From Candidatus Latescibacterota bacterium (GTDB lineage: Bacteria > Latescibacterota > UBA2968), in the NCBI GenBank assembly GCA_965204375.1, contig OZ241986.1:4192001-4256000 (forward strand): a stretch of 64,000 bases of DNA, read 5' to 3'. The notes below the pieces were generated by a model. That model was not told the DNA's origin, made no database searches, and worked only from the letters and a program-made list of their open reading frames with translations. Positions 40,357 to 51,623 of this stretch are shown in pieces; positions within the stretch are counted from its first letter, which is position 1; every line of letters starts with the position of its first letter. Made by a program: the position numbers and the translations under genes.

Positions 40357-41769
40357 TCAAAGCAATCCATACCGCTTCATCTTGCTCCTCAAAACCATCC
40401 TCGAAATATCCAGAAGCGCGGCTGCCTGAACCTGATTCCCCTCTGTTCTTCGCAACGCCTCGCGAAGCAGTGCCCGCTCACACGCGGGCAGACTCATCTG
40501 ATCCTCGGAAAGGCTCTGCACCATCTGTTCAACACCACCATCCCCGCCTGGACCAACCTCAAACAGCTCAAAACTCAGATCATCTGCATCAATCTCTCCA
40601 CCCCCGCACAAAATAGCTGCCCGCTCAACCGCATTCTTCAGCATCCGAACATTGCCCGGAAACACCTGTTTCTGAAGCAACGCCTCCGCCTCCCTCGAAA
40701 AACCCATCAGCGGCTTCCGCAAATCGCGGGCATAATCAGATAGGAAATGCCGCGCCAGAAACAAAACATCCCCCACCCGCTCGCGCAACGGCGGCACCTG
40801 AATCGCGAACACATTCAACCTGTAATACAGATCCTCCCTGAACATCCCTTCCCGCACCGCTACATTAAGTGCCCTATTCGTCGCCGCAACCACGCGCACA
40901 TCTACCGCGATCTCATCACCACTCCCCACGGGTCGGATGCATCGCTCTTCCAGCGTACGCAACAGACGCACCTGCATCTCCAGCGACATATCCCCGACCT
41001 CATCCAGAAACAGCGTACCGCCATCCGCCAGCTCAAAATGGCCCTTCTGATCTGTCTTCGCATCTGTAAACGCGCCCTTCCTGTGCCCAAAAAACGCACT
41101 CTCAAACAAATTGCCCGGAATCGCAGAACAATTCACCGGAACAAACGGACCACCAGCGCGATCGCTCTCACAATGCACAGCCCGCGCAACCAATTCCTTC
41201 CCCGTACCCGTCTCTCCAACAATCAGCACCGTCGTATGATCCGTCGCAGCCACCTGCTGAATCTGCGCCTTCATCCTCACAACCGCCTCACTCTCCCCTA
41301 TCAGCGCACGCAAACCGCCCCGCTCTCGCTCCTGTGCCTCCATCCTATCCAGCCTCGCCTGAACCCTATCCTTCTCTTTGCGAAGCACCTGATAGCGCAC
41401 CGTGCGCCGGATAGCCGCATGCAACGCCTCCACCTTAAAAGGCTTAGTAAAAAAATCAAACGCCCCTTCCCGCAACGCCCGAAACGCATTCTCGGACTCT
41501 TTAACGCCCGTAATCACAATCACCTCGGTCTCAGGCGCAACAGACCGCACCCGCCGAAGCACCTCAAACCCATCTACACCGGGCATCTTCACATCTGTAA
41601 TCACAATATCAACAGCCTGGCTCTCCACCACCTCTATCCCCTTCTCGCCATTCGCCGCTTCAATAACCGTATGCCCTCTCGCAATGAGAAACTTTCCAAT
41701 CGAAGACCGGATATCTGCATCGTCATCGATCACCAGAACCGTCATGCTGACCTGCTCAGCCATAGTCAT
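40357..41769 (-). CDS. Sigma54-dependent response regulator (NtrC/AtoC family)
   Basis: Receiver (IDDD, TDVKMP, KPF), GETGTGKE, GAFTDA, Fis HTH; start approximate. Confidence 0.92.
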   Translation of the reverse strand: MTMAEQVSMTVLVIDDDADIRSSIGKFLIARGHTVIEAANGEKGIEVVESQAVDIVITDVKMPGVDGFEVLRRVRSVAPETEVIVITGVKESENAFRALREGAFDFFTKPFKVEALHAAIRRTVRYQVLRKEKDRVQARLDRMEAQERERGGLRALIGESEAVVRMKAQIQQVAATDHTTVLIVGETGTGKELVARAVHCESDRAGGPFVPVNCSAIPGNLFESAFFGHRKGAFTDAKTDQKGHFELADGGTLFLDEVGDMSLEMQVRLLRTLEERCIRPVGSGDEIAVDVRVVAATNRALNVAVREGMFREDLYYRLNVFAIQVPPLRERVGDVLFLARHFLSDYARDLRKPLMGFSREAEALLQKQVFPGNVRMLKNAVERAAILCGGGEIDADDLSFELFEVGPGGDGGVEQMVQSLSEDQMSLPACERALLREALRRTEGNQVQAAALLDISRMVLRSKMKRYGLL

Positions 41770-41942
41770 TCTTATTTCCCCCAATTATTCGCAATCGTTT
41801 GTTTGCGATTTTGGGAAAATAAGACGGGATTGGCAAAAAGCAAGGACACTCAGATAGAACACGAGCAGATTATGTTTTTGTGCATTTTAATGTTTTTATA
41901 CATCACATCAGAAGTATAGCAAATTCAAGAAGCCTTTTGTAT

Positions 41943-42233
41943 TTAATTTAGCTTTGTCAAAGCTATGATGACTGAAACGGCTGTGCCGACATTGGCAAGC
42001 AGCACAATGACCAGCAAACCGACAAGCCACTTGAAATTGCTGTTGTTGCGGTTGTCCATATCAGTCAAACGGTTGTCCATATTGGCGAAGCGGTTGTCAA
42101 TACGGGTTGTCAATTCGCGCTGGCCTTCCTCCATACTGGTCAAACGGCTTTCGATGCTGCCGAGACGCTCATTGATTTGCCCCTGGACAGCTTCGAGTGA
42201 TGCAACCCGACTTTCAAGGCTGGGCATTTGCAT
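41943..42233 (-). CDS. Small coiled-coil protein with C-terminal TM helix
   Basis: LESRVASLE...IDNRFANMDNR...FKWLVGLLV. Confidence 0.7.
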   Translation of the reverse strand: MQMPSLESRVASLEAVQGQINERLGSIESRLTSMEEGQRELTTRIDNRFANMDNRLTDMDNRNNSNFKWLVGLLVIVLLANVGTAVSVIIALTKLN

Positions 42234-42262
42234 GGTAAAATCCCCTTCGCATTTTGTTAAAA

Positions 42263-42814
42263 TTAGAACACATCTGCAAGTGGCAATTGCCAGCCGGGCA
42301 CGACATCGCCGCCGTCAATTGTGTCGCCTTCTGTGAGGATGCGAATATCGTCAAACCCGCGATAGATGGTCGCCGTGCGCGTTTTGGGATCGAGCACAAT
42401 AACCATCTTCGCACCTGCCTGCAACCAATCAAATGCTTTTTCCGTCACTTCGGAGGCACGGTCATTTGGCGAAATGACTTCAACGGCGAGGTCGGGCGCA
42501 CCGGGAAAGAACCCTTCTTCTTCGTCTGTGGCATCTGCGCGTGCTCTCGACACAAAACTCGCGTCGGGTGCGCGCACCGTATCCGGATTGGTCCAAATTA
42601 AAAAACCCGTCTCGGCAGCATAGATTTCACCGAGATTATTATTTCTCACAAATGATTCGAGACGGCTACAGATTGTCGCTGCAATTCGTCCGTGTTGTCT
42701 GCCCGCTGGAGCCATCTGGCGCAATTCTCCCTTTATGAGTTCATAGCGACAGCCATTGTGTGGCATCACCAAAAGCTCATCGGCTGTCATGGTGGCAACG
42801 GTTTGTAGGGCCAT
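42263..42814 (-). CDS. Uma2 family putative endonuclease
   Basis: YELIKGEL, RAPDASFV, PDLAVEVISP. Confidence 0.92.
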   Translation of the reverse strand: MALQTVATMTADELLVMPHNGCRYELIKGELRQMAPAGRQHGRIAATICSRLESFVRNNNLGEIYAAETGFLIWTNPDTVRAPDASFVSRARADATDEEEGFFPGAPDLAVEVISPNDRASEVTEKAFDWLQAGAKMVIVLDPKTRTATIYRGFDDIRILTEGDTIDGGDVVPGWQLPLADVF

Positions 42815-42876
42815 ACCTGAACCTGTTTTGTTTGGGGAAAATAATGGTTGACATGACGTACAACATTATAACGCAA

Positions 42877-43491
42877 TCATTTTTCAATACTGTGTTCGAG
42901 CCTGCCGATCTCGTCGCGCAGCCTGGCGGCCTCTTCGTACTCTTCCAGCGCGACCGCCTCTTGCAAACGCGCCTTGAGCGCATCGACCTGCTGCGTCACC
43001 TGATCGGGTGCCTCCTCAGCGGGTTCATCCTCTGCTGCAGACGCAACAATCGCAGCAATATTATCTTCACCGTCCTCAATGGGCACATCTTGCTTGACCG
43101 ACAGCCCCGCCTCCTCAATCACCTGGTCCGCCACAAAAACCGGGGCATCAACGCGCAACGCCAATGCCAGCGCATCGCTCGGGCGCGAATCAATAACAAT
43201 CGCCTCCCCATCGCGCACAAGCGTAATCTCGGCAAAAAACGTCTCGTCTCTCAGCGCACTGACCAGCACCTGCTCGACGTGTACATCGAACCCATCCATA
43301 ATGGCACACAACAAATCATACGCAATGGGACGCGGCGGCGGCTCATCGTGAAGCACCAGAGAAATCGCAACCGCCTCAAAATTGCCAATCGCAATCGGCA
43401 AAAAAACCTTCTGGTCCTTATCCTTTAACCAGACCAGCGGATGATTGCTATTGGGTTCAAGCTGCACGGCAATCACTTCCATTTCTGTCAT
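42877..43491 (-). CDS. Bifunctional nuclease (DUF151) with C-terminal UVR domain
   Basis: LPIAIGNFEA, PPRPIAYDL, DSRPSDALALA, EEYEEAARLRDEI. Confidence 0.92.
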   Translation of the reverse strand: MTEMEVIAVQLEPNSNHPLVWLKDKDQKVFLPIAIGNFEAVAISLVLHDEPPPRPIAYDLLCAIMDGFDVHVEQVLVSALRDETFFAEITLVRDGEAIVIDSRPSDALALALRVDAPVFVADQVIEEAGLSVKQDVPIEDGEDNIAAIVASAAEDEPAEEAPDQVTQQVDALKARLQEAVALEEYEEAARLRDEIGRLEHSIEK

Positions 43492-43780
43492 GTGGGGAAT
43501 CCTTTTGTGAATTAAAAAACAGAATCAGGATTTACAGGATTATAGGATGAACAGGATAAAAATCAAAAGCAAAGCTTTCTGGATTACTCAAAACAATATA
43601 GAAGGATACAGAGGGGAAAAGCAAGCGGAATCAGGATTTACAGGATTAAAGGATGAACAGGATGAAAATCAAAACCACAAACAAAACCAGAACCTTCTGG
43701 ATCGCGGCTTACACCCTGCCGCGATGACGGGCGAGGCATGCCTCGCCCGTCATCTTCTCCCTTCACACTTCTCCCTTCTC

Positions 43781-43809
43781 TTGACAGCCCGCGCGTCGCA
43801 TCGTATCAT
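43781..43809 (+). promoter_or_regulatory. Sigma70-like promoter of the FGE gene
   Basis: TTGACA-17 nt-TATCAT. Confidence 0.7.
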
Positions 43810-43852
43810 TTTACACAGGATTCACGCAACCCATAACCTCAGGAGAATCACT

Positions 43853-44794
43853 ATGTCCTCCCCCTGCTGCGGTGCGAGCAGACCCGTCTCATCCAAAAAA
43901 AGAAAAACGCGCAAACAAAAAAACAGGCGCAGAAGTGATCCATCCCTCAAAGGCATGGTCCGCCTCTCGGGCGGCACCTTTCTCATGGGAACAGATGGCA
44001 ACGAAGGCTTTGCAGAAGACGGCGAAGGACCCGTGCGCGAAGTCACGGTCAATCCCTTTTGCCTCGATGTGTGCGCCGTCACCAACGCCGACTTTGCCAA
44101 ATTCGTCCGCGCAACCGCGTACAAAACCGAAGCCGAACGCTTTGGCTGGTCCTTTGTCTTCCACCTCTTTGTCCCCCCCAGCACCGCCTCGCACATCTCG
44201 CAAACCGTCGTCGATACCCCCTGGTGGTTTGCTGTTGACGGCGCCTGCTGGCACCGCCCCGAAGGACCCGGCACAAATATCAACAACCGCTGGCACCACC
44301 CCGCGATCCACATCTCGTGGAACGACGCGGTCGCCTATTGCAACTGGGCGGGAAAACGCCTGCCCACAGAAGCCGAATGGGAATTTGCCGCACGGGGCGG
44401 CTTAAAAAGCATGCGCTACCCCTGGGGCGACGACCTCGAACCCAGTGGCAAACACATGTGCAACATCTGGCAGGGCACATTCCCCGAACAAAACACCCGG
44501 GCAGATGGGTACATCGGCACCGCACCCGTCACCTCATTCCCCCCCAACAACTACGGCATCTACAACATCTCGGGCAACGTCTGGGAATGGTGCAGCGACT
44601 GGTTCAGCCCCACCTTTCACCTCAAAAGCGCTGCAAAGAACCCCACGGGTCCCCCCGTCGGACAGGCGAAAAGCATGCGCGGCGGCTCCTATTTGTGCCA
44701 CGACTCCTACTGCAACCGATACCGCGTGGCTGCCCGCAGCGCAAACACCCCGGACAGCTCCACGGGGAATTTGGGGTTTCGGTGTGCGAGATAA
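43853..44794 (+). CDS. Formylglycine-generating enzyme (sulfatase-modifying factor 1)
   Basis: AGGAG RBS; RLPTEAEWE, GNVWEW, RGGSYLCHDSYCNRYRVAAR with both catalytic Cys. Confidence 0.93.
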   Translation: MSSPCCGASRPVSSKKRKTRKQKNRRRSDPSLKGMVRLSGGTFLMGTDGNEGFAEDGEGPVREVTVNPFCLDVCAVTNADFAKFVRATAYKTEAERFGWSFVFHLFVPPSTASHISQTVVDTPWWFAVDGACWHRPEGPGTNINNRWHHPAIHISWNDAVAYCNWAGKRLPTEAEWEFAARGGLKSMRYPWGDDLEPSGKHMCNIWQGTFPEQNTRADGYIGTAPVTSFPPNNYGIYNISGNVWEWCSDWFSPTFHLKSAAKNPTGPPVGQAKSMRGGSYLCHDSYCNRYRVAARSANTPDSSTGNLGFRCAR

Positions 44795-45310
44795 AGTCTG
44801 AATCAGGATTTTCAGGATTAAAGGATGGGCAGGATAAAGGCAAAAACCGTCTGAAGCGGTGTAAAACTGGTCGGTTTCCAGACCAGTTCATCAGGATTTA
44901 CTGGATTATAGGATGGGCAGGATAAAGGCAAAAACCGTCTGAATCAGGATTTTCAGGATTAAAGGATGGGCAGGATAAAGGCAAAGGCGAAAGGCAAAAA
45001 CCTGTCTGAATCGGGATTTACTGGATTATAGGATGGGCAGGATGAAAATCAAAACCACAGGCAAAACCTCTGGATCGCGGCTTTAAACATGCCGCGATGA
45101 CAAACCTGCCTCAAAAAAAAAACGGAAGACGCGAAAACGTCCTCCGTTTTTTTATCACACTTCAACGTGAACTGGTCTGGACTACGACCAGTTGTACCCC
45201 GTTTCACACTTCAACGTGAACTGGTCTGGACTACGACCAGTTGTACCCCGTTTCACACTTCAATCTTCACACTTCACACTTCACACTTCACACTTCAACC
45301 TTCACACTTC
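44795..45310 (+). repeat. Composite repeat cluster: four CAGGAT-family copies, a GCCGCGAT hairpin, heptamers and three copies of the 35-nt nested element
   Basis: Read directly. Confidence 0.85.
45113..45153. terminator. Bidirectional terminator between convergent FGE and rplI
   Basis: A10-CGGAAGACG-CGAAAA-CGTCCTCCG-T7. Confidence 0.8.
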
Positions 45311-45311
45311 C

Positions 45312-45755
45312 CTATTCTCTAACCACCCACACCTTCACAGACACCACAACCCCCGCATAAAGCCGGATGGGCACATCATAGACCCCCAGAGCGCGAATCG
45401 GCTCTTCGAGTTCTATGTCTCGGCGATCAATATCGAACCCCAGGTCGCCGAGCGCGGCTGCAATTTGCTGTGCTGTCACCGAACCAAAAATGCGATCCTC
45501 TTCGCCTGCCTTGACCGCCACATTGCACGAAACCTCTTTCAGAGCCTCTGCCAGAGCCTCGGCACCGCGCGTCTCGCGGGCGTGTTGGGCTTCGCGTTGC
45601 TGGCGCGCCTTCTCGTACACCGCCATATTGCGCTCATTTGCAATCAGCGCCACCGAGCGCGGCAGCAAAAAATTTCGCGCGTACCCATCCTTCACCTCAA
45701 CCACATCGCCAGCATTGCCCAGCGTATCCACATCTGCTGTAAGAATAATTTTCAT
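45312..45755 (-). CDS. rplI: 50S ribosomal protein L9
   Basis: MKIILTADV...GDVVEVKDGYARNFLLP, IFGSVT. Confidence 0.97.
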   Translation of the reverse strand: MKIILTADVDTLGNAGDVVEVKDGYARNFLLPRSVALIANERNMAVYEKARQQREAQHARETRGAEALAEALKEVSCNVAVKAGEEDRIFGSVTAQQIAAALGDLGFDIDRRDIELEEPIRALGVYDVPIRLYAGVVVSVKVWVVRE

Positions 45756-45780
45756 AGTGTAATCCTGTATATTTCGCCTC

Positions 45781-46054
<274 letters not shown>

Positions 46055-46058
<4 letters not shown>

Positions 46059-46411
46059 TCCGCATCCTCCTCTTCCGTATCATCGGAAACATCTTCGGCC
46101 AACTCTTCAGCGTCCTCCTCCTCTTGAGGAGGAAGTTCAGACTGAAGAATCAGATGCCGCAAAACATCCTCATCCAAACGGCACGCCCGCTCAACATCTG
46201 CAATCGCGCCCGGATCGGCCTCAAAATAAAAAAATGTATAGTCGCCCTGCTGCCGCTTTTGAATCTCATAAGCGAGCCTGCGCACGCCCCAGCGGTCAAC
46301 ATTGACCACCGTAGCACCCTGATCGGCGAGCAACGACGCATAGCGATCAACCGTCGCGTCCGCATCTACCTGCGTATCGACAATCAAAGCCATCTCATAC
46401 TCTCGTGACAT
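46055..46411 (-). CDS. rpsF: 30S ribosomal protein S6
   Basis: [21 protein letters not shown], acidic tail. Confidence 0.96.
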
Positions 46412-46468
46412 AAACTATCCCCCATGGACGTGTGGTTCAGAATACCGTGTTCTGAACGGGGTTGGAAA
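46412..46468 (-). promoter_or_regulatory. Candidate rpsF leader (S6:S18-type autoregulatory RNA)
   Basis: Hairpin GTTCAGAA-CACGGTA-TTCTGAAC preceded by CCCC that could pair with the GGGGG Shine-Dalgarno. Confidence 0.4.
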
Positions 46469-46471
46469 AAG

Positions 46472-46757
46472 CAAGTTAGAAGTTAGAAGTTAGAAGGGAG
46501 AAGGAAGAAGGCCCCGCCCAACCGCCCAAAGGCCAGTGCCTCATCCCACTTCACACTTCACACTTCCTACTTCACACTTCACACTTCACACTTCACACTT
46601 CCCACTTCACACTTCACACTTCACACTTCACACTTCACACTTCACACTTCACACTTCCCACTTCCCACTTCCCACTTCCCACTTCACACTTCACACTTCA
46701 CACTTCCCACTTCACACTTCCCACTTCCCACTTCACACTTCACACTTCACACTTCTC
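46472..46757. repeat. Inverted heptamer arrays (AAGTTAG)n ... (ACTTCAC/ACTTCCC)~30
   Basis: Read directly. Confidence 0.9.
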
Positions 46758-46758
46758 C

Positions 46759-48756
46759 TCATGCCAGCAAAGGTGCCAGCATCAGTGAAACCACCGACAT
46801 CAACTTAATCAAAATATTCAACGCGGGACCAGACGTATCTTTTAAGGGATCGCCAACCGTATCGCCAACCACGGCGGCCTTGTGCGCCTCGGACCCCTTA
46901 CCGCCCAAATTGCCCTCCTCAATCAACTTCTTCGCATTATCCAGCGCGCCTCCGCTATTCGCCATCATCAGCGCCAGCAACACACCCGACACCGTCGCCC
47001 CCGCCAGCATACCGCCCAGCGCCTCTGCCCCCAAAAAAAAGCCAACCAGCACCGGCGTAAACACAGCCACCAGACCGGGCACCACCATCTCGCGCAAAGC
47101 CGCCACAGAACTGATATCCACACAGCGGCGCGTATCCGGCTTGCCCGTCCCCTCCATCAGCCCTGGAATCTCGCGGAACTGGCGACGCACCTCTTCAACC
47201 ATCTTAAACGCCGCATTGCCCACACTCGTCATCGTCAGTGCCGCCACGCAAAAAGGCACACCACCGCCCAAAAACAAACCGATCACAACCAGGGGCTTGG
47301 CCAAATTAATAGAATCGATCCCCACAGCCGCCGAATACGCGGAAAACAGCGCCAGCGCAGTCAGCGCAGCAGAACCAATCGCGAACCCCTTGCCAATCGC
47401 CGCCGTCGTATTCCCGAGCGAATCCAGTTCATCGGTAATCTCGCGCGTCTCCGGTCCCAAATGCGCCATCTCGGAAATACCACCCGCATTATCCGCAATC
47501 GGACCATAAGCATCCACCGCCATCGTAACACCCACAGTCGATAACATACCCACAGCGGCAATGCCAATACCGTACAATCCCGCAAAGTGAAACGACCCTG
47601 CAATAGCAACACAAATCCCCAAAATCGGCAACGTCGTACTCTCCATCCCCACCGCCAGACCCGCGATCATATTGGTCGCCGACCCCGTCTCCGAAGAATG
47701 GGCAATACGCCTTACAGGTGCCCCACCCGTATAGTACTCCGTCATCAGCGCAATGGCAATACCCACGAGACAACCGAAGAGAATCGCCCAAAACACCCCG
47801 CGAGCCAAACCGAGATATTCCGCGGCAAAAAAAGCACCAACCAGCATCAAAACAGCGGAAATATACGTGGCATAGCGCAGCGCTGCATCCGGGTTTAAAG
47901 ACTGCAAAACGCGAATAGACCCCACGCCGATCAGCGACGCCAACAAACCGATCATAACCACGACAAGCGGATATTGCATCGCAGCGATCCTCACCGTCTC
48001 CGGATCGCCCCCACCCAACCCGCTCAACGCCGCGATACCAGCCGTTGCCGCAATCGCAATCGTCGCAATAATAGACCCCACATAAGACTCAAAAATATCC
48101 GCCCCCATCCCTGCCACATCGCCCACATTATCGCCCACGTGATCTGCAATAACAGCCGGATTTCTCGGATCGTCCTCCGGTATCCCGGCCTCCACCTTAC
48201 CCACCAGATCCGCCCCCACATCTGCCGTCTTGGTATAAATCCCCCCTCCAACCCGGGCAAAGAGCGCAATAGAACTCGCACCCATAGCAAAACCATTAAT
48301 CATAGCCGCCTGACCGGGTTTGCCGAAAAAATAAAAAAGCAAGCCCACGCCAAAAAGCCCCAGACTTGCCACAGACAGCCCCATCACTGCCCCGCCGGAA
48401 AACGCGACATTCAACGCCTTATCCCGCCCACTTTGACTGGCGGCATAAGCCGTCCGCACATTCGCCTTGGTCGCCGCCTTCATCCCGATAAAACCCGCGC
48501 CAAGCGAACAAAGTGCGCCGCCCAAAAAAGATATGGCCGTCTCCCGATTAATACCCCAGAACACCAGCGCAAACACCAGCACGATAAAAACGGCGAGCAC
48601 GCTGTATTCGCGCTTCAAAAAAGTCACGGCCCCTTCCTGGATATCCGCTGCGATCTCCCGCATCAGCTCCGTGCCCTCTGATTGCCTGGCAACATAGAGA
48701 TAAATCAAACCAGCGCAAACCAGCCCAACCACGCCCAGCACAGGTGCCAAAATCAT
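46759..48756 (-). CDS. hppA: Membrane-bound K+-dependent (probably Na+-translocating) pyrophosphatase
   Basis: [41 protein letters not shown] (K+-dependent type), [10 protein letters not shown]. Confidence 0.93.
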   Translation of the reverse strand: MILAPVLGVVGLVCAGLIYLYVARQSEGTELMREIAADIQEGAVTFLKREYSVLAVFIVLVFALVFWGINRETAISFLGGALCSLGAGFIGMKAATKANVRTAYAASQSGRDKALNVAFSGGAVMGLSVASLGLFGVGLLFYFFGKPGQAAMINGFAMGASSIALFARVGGGIYTKTADVGADLVGKVEAGIPEDDPRNPAVIADHVGDNVGDVAGMGADIFESYVGSIIATIAIAATAGIAALSGLGGGDPETVRIAAMQYPLVVVMIGLLASLIGVGSIRVLQSLNPDAALRYATYISAVLMLVGAFFAAEYLGLARGVFWAILFGCLVGIAIALMTEYYTGGAPVRRIAHSSETGSATNMIAGLAVGMESTTLPILGICVAIAGSFHFAGLYGIGIAAVGMLSTVGVTMAVDAYGPIADNAGGISEMAHLGPETREITDELDSLGNTTAAIGKGFAIGSAALTALALFSAYSAAVGIDSINLAKPLVVIGLFLGGGVPFCVAALTMTSVGNAAFKMVEEVRRQFREIPGLMEGTGKPDTRRCVDISSVAALREMVVPGLVAVFTPVLVGFFLGAEALGGMLAGATVSGVLLALMMANSGGALDNAKKLIEEGNLGGKGSEAHKAAVVGDTVGDPLKDTSGPALNILIKLMSVVSLMLAPLLA

Positions 48757-48773
48757 AAAAATCTCCAGAATCA

Positions 48774-48904
48774 GGGCGAGGCATGCCTCGCCCCTACGGT
48801 ACGGGCGAAAAATTTTTCGCCCCTACATATTAACGCGCAATAACGGGCGGGTTTCGAGCGGGGTACAACTGGCCGTCTCTCAGGCCAGTTCAACCCGCCC
48901 CTAC
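48774..48904. repeat. Cluster of three REP-like palindromes (BIME-like); the third carries the 35-nt nested element
   Basis: Homologous to the cluster at 50203-50327. Confidence 0.88.
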
Positions 48905-49500
48905 ATATTATACTGATTCATCGCCCGTTCAATACCTTCTCTTGCCCAGCAAAGCGTGCCGTTAACCGCTTGCCCAACCGCATCTGTAATCACATCCCGA
49001 TCTTCGAATGTAAACTCACCCAACACGTAATCAATCATGCCATCCGACCCGGCGGGTTGCCCAACACCGATGCGCAACCGCGGAAAATCTGCAGCCCCCA
49101 ACGCGCATTCAACAGACCGCAAACCATTGTGCCCACCGTGACTGCCCGCGCGCCGAAAGCGCAACCGGCCCAAATTGAGATGCACATCGTCAACCACCAC
49201 CAGAACATCTGCCCGTGCAACCTGAAAACACCGCACAACCTCCGCCACACCCAAACCGCTCTTATTCATATACGTCAGCGGCTTAACCAGCACCAGATCA
49301 TCTGAAAACCTGCACCACGTACAAAATTCAAACGCATGCCACGGTGCATCTTTGCCCAGCGCATCAACCACCCAAAACCCCACATTGTGGCGCGTCTGTG
49401 CATAGCGCGCGCCCGGATTGCCCAACCCCACAATCGCCTTTACACCTGTACGGGTGAAACGTAAGGGCGAAAGATCTTTCGCCCCTACGCCCCTACACAT
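48901..49500 (-). CDS. pth: Peptidyl-tRNA hydrolase
   Basis: IVGLGNPG, TRHNVGF, KPLTYMN, GGHNGL, RLRIGVG; probable ATG 49500 overlaps the rplY stop. Confidence 0.93.
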   Translation of the reverse strand: MCRGVGAKDLSPLRFTRTGVKAIVGLGNPGARYAQTRHNVGFWVVDALGKDAPWHAFEFCTWCRFSDDLVLVKPLTYMNKSGLGVAEVVRCFQVARADVLVVVDDVHLNLGRLRFRRAGSHGGHNGLRSVECALGAADFPRLRIGVGQPAGSDGMIDYVLGEFTFEDRDVITDAVGQAVNGTLCWAREGIERAMNQYNM

Positions 49501-50188
49501 CGCCTTCTTCGTCATCGCTGCGCCTTCTGCCGCGCTCAATAACTTCTGGCTCCTGCATTTCTTCTTCCCCTTCCTCATCCACCAATCCTTCTTCGTCCTC
49601 CACTTCCTCTTCCTCTTCTTCAATAACAAGCGCGGGCGCAGCCACCGCAAACACCGTGCGGTCGCTATCCGTCACAACAGTCAGATCATCGTCATCCACG
49701 ACAATATCCGAAACGTGCAGCGAATCGCCGATATCCAGATCCGACACATCAATTTCAATATGATCGGGGATCTCTGTAGGCAGGCACTCGACCTCGAGCT
49801 CGTGCAACATCTGTTCCAGAATTCCCTCGCCAATCCGCACGCCAACAGCCGACCCCGTAGCGTGAAGGGGCACCTCAACCACAATTTTGCGCGTCAAATC
49901 AATGCGGTGAAAATCCACATGTAAAATCTCATCCTGCAAGGGATGGTACTGAATATCCTTAATAATAGTACTCTGGCTCGTATCGCCCGCACGCAGCGAA
50001 ATGATGGCATTGCGACCATGCGCCTTCAACAGATCCGTCAACCTGCGCTGATCCACAGAACAGGCAACAGACTCGGCACCTTCGCCATAAACAACCGCGG
50101 GCAATTGACCGCGAAAGCGCAACCGCTTGGCGACCTTCTTTCCCGACGCCGTGCGAACATCGACATTGAGAGAAACTTGATCGGACAT
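49493..50188 (-). CDS. rplY: 50S ribosomal protein L25/Ctc
   Basis: LPAVVYG, IQYHP...HVDF, acidic tail with EPEVI; GGAG RBS before ATG 50188. Confidence 0.95.
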   Translation of the reverse strand: MSDQVSLNVDVRTASGKKVAKRLRFRGQLPAVVYGEGAESVACSVDQRRLTDLLKAHGRNAIISLRAGDTSQSTIIKDIQYHPLQDEILHVDFHRIDLTRKIVVEVPLHATGSAVGVRIGEGILEQMLHELEVECLPTEIPDHIEIDVSDLDIGDSLHVSDIVVDDDDLTVVTDSDRTVFAVAAPALVIEEEEEEVEDEEGLVDEEGEEEMQEPEVIERGRRRSDDEEGDV

Positions 50189-50202
50189 GATATTCTCCAA
50201 AA

Positions 50203-50386
50203 CGGGCGAGGCATGCCTCGCCCCTACATACAATCAACCGGACAATACAAAATACGACACGGGCGAAAAATTTTTCGCCCCTACATATCAACGCGCAATA
50301 ACGGGCGGGTTTAAAACCCGCCCCTACGTAAATCAAACCGGACCACACAAAAACACCCGTAAGGGCGAAAAATTTTTCGCCCCTAC
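50203..50386. repeat. Cluster of four REP-like palindromes; the last lies inside ispE
   Basis: GGGCGAGGCATGCCTCGCCCCTAC, GGGCGAAAAATTTTTCGCCCCTAC x2, GGGCGGGTTTAAAACCCGCCCCTAC. Confidence 0.88.
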
Positions 50387-51238
50387 ACAATTCGCCCCTT
50401 CGGCCACAAACCCTGCCCAAACAGCCTCGGCAACATCTCGAGACTCAAAAACACCGTAAAGCGTAGAACCACTGCCAGACATCGACGCAACGATTGCGCC
50501 GGCATCTGTCAACCGCGACAAAATATCGCGCGTTTCCGGATGCGATTGAACGATAAGAGGCAGAAAATCATTCTCAATATGCCCCCAAAAACCCGAAACG
50601 GGCAAATTTTTTACAGAATTAATGAAGCTATCATATTCACCATGCTCTGTCAAGGTCTTTTCTGTCAAGGTCTTTTTATAATTTGCAAACGCCCAGCCCG
50701 TATGCACCTGAAACCCCGGACAAACCAGCACATAAGCCACATCTGCAGACCACGGCACATACCGCATAAGCTCCCCCCGTCCCGAAACCACTGCCGTACC
50801 CTTTTGCCGCACAAAAAACGGCACATCGGACCCCAAAGTCGCGCCTATCTCGCGCAGTTCGCCATCTGACAGTCCCGCTTCCCACACCCGATTCAAAACC
50901 CGCAACACAGCCGCTGCATCTGAACTCCCCCCGCCCAAACCCGCCGCCATCGGAATCCGCTTCTCTATCACAACCTCAACCCCGCGATCCATCCCCGTAT
51001 AAGACCGAAACGCCAGAACCGCCTTATAGACCAGATTTTCTGGACCTGTGGGCAAATCCGCATCGTCGCACGACAAAATAATCTGCCCCTGTCCCGCTGG
51101 CTTAAAAACGAGGCGATCGCACAGATCCACAGACTGAAAAACCGACAAAATATTGTGAAACCCATCGCTGCGCCGCCCGAGAATCTTCAGCCCCAAATTG
51201 AGCTTTGCATACGCGTATTCGACAATTTCCAAAAGCAA
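50333..51238 (-). CDS. ispE: 4-diphosphocytidyl-2-C-methyl-D-erythritol kinase
   Basis: AKLNLGL, KRIPMAAGLGGGSSDAAA, LGSDVPFF, MSGSGST. Confidence 0.95.
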   Translation of the reverse strand: MLLEIVEYAYAKLNLGLKILGRRSDGFHNILSVFQSVDLCDRLVFKPAGQGQIILSCDDADLPTGPENLVYKAVLAFRSYTGMDRGVEVVIEKRIPMAAGLGGGSSDAAAVLRVLNRVWEAGLSDGELREIGATLGSDVPFFVRQKGTAVVSGRGELMRYVPWSADVAYVLVCPGFQVHTGWAFANYKKTLTEKTLTEHGEYDSFINSVKNLPVSGFWGHIENDFLPLIVQSHPETRDILSRLTDAGAIVASMSGSGSTLYGVFESRDVAEAVWAGFVAEGANCVGAKNFSPLRVFLCGPV

Positions 51239-51242
51239 CCCC

Positions 51243-51558
51243 CGTCTGAATCAGGATTCGCAGGATTAGAGGATGAACAGGATGAAAGGCAAAATCAAAG
51301 GCAAAAGGCAAACACCGTCTGAATCAGGATTCGCAGGATTAGAGGATGAACAGGATGAAAGGCAAAGGCAAATACAGAAGATAAAAGACAAAAGCAAAGG
51401 CAAATACAGAAGATAAAAGACAAAAGCAAAGGCAAATACAGAAGATAAAAGACAAAAGCAAAGGCAAATACAGAAGATAAAAGATAAAAGCAAAGGCAAA
51501 TACAGAAGATAAAAGACAAAAGCAAAGGCAAATACAGAAGATAAAAGACAAAAGCAAA
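51243..51558 (+). repeat. Two CAGGAT-family copies followed by a 32-bp tandem repeat x6 (51367-51558)
   Basis: Unit GGCAAATACAGAAGATAAAAGACAAAAGCAAA. Confidence 0.9.
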
Positions 51559-51594
51559 GGCAACTACAGAAAAGCAACCACCGATAAACACAGA

Positions 51595-51623
51595 TTGACG
51601 CTTTTGGTAAAATATAATACATT
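51595..51623 (+). promoter_or_regulatory. Sigma70-like promoter of the TPR operon
   Basis: TTGACG-17 nt-TACATT. Confidence 0.55.

Noticed and set aside
40747-41919. Long antisense ORFs (this one and many others in the track)
   Set aside because: They shadow well-supported genes on the opposite strand, as expected from codon bias
43547-43852. N-terminal extension of the FGE ORF
   Set aside because: It runs through repeat elements; promoter and RBS point to ATG 43853
45160-45258. 49-bp duplicated unit as a mini-CRISPR
   Set aside because: Two identical tandem copies of the nested element plus heptamer flank; no unique spacer
50189-50332. tRNA often found between ispE and prs/rplY
   Set aside because: No cloverleaf or T-loop motif; the interval consists of REP palindromes
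51367-51558. 32-bp repeat x6 as a CRISPR array
   Set aside because: Units are directly adjacent with no spacers, and no cas genes are present
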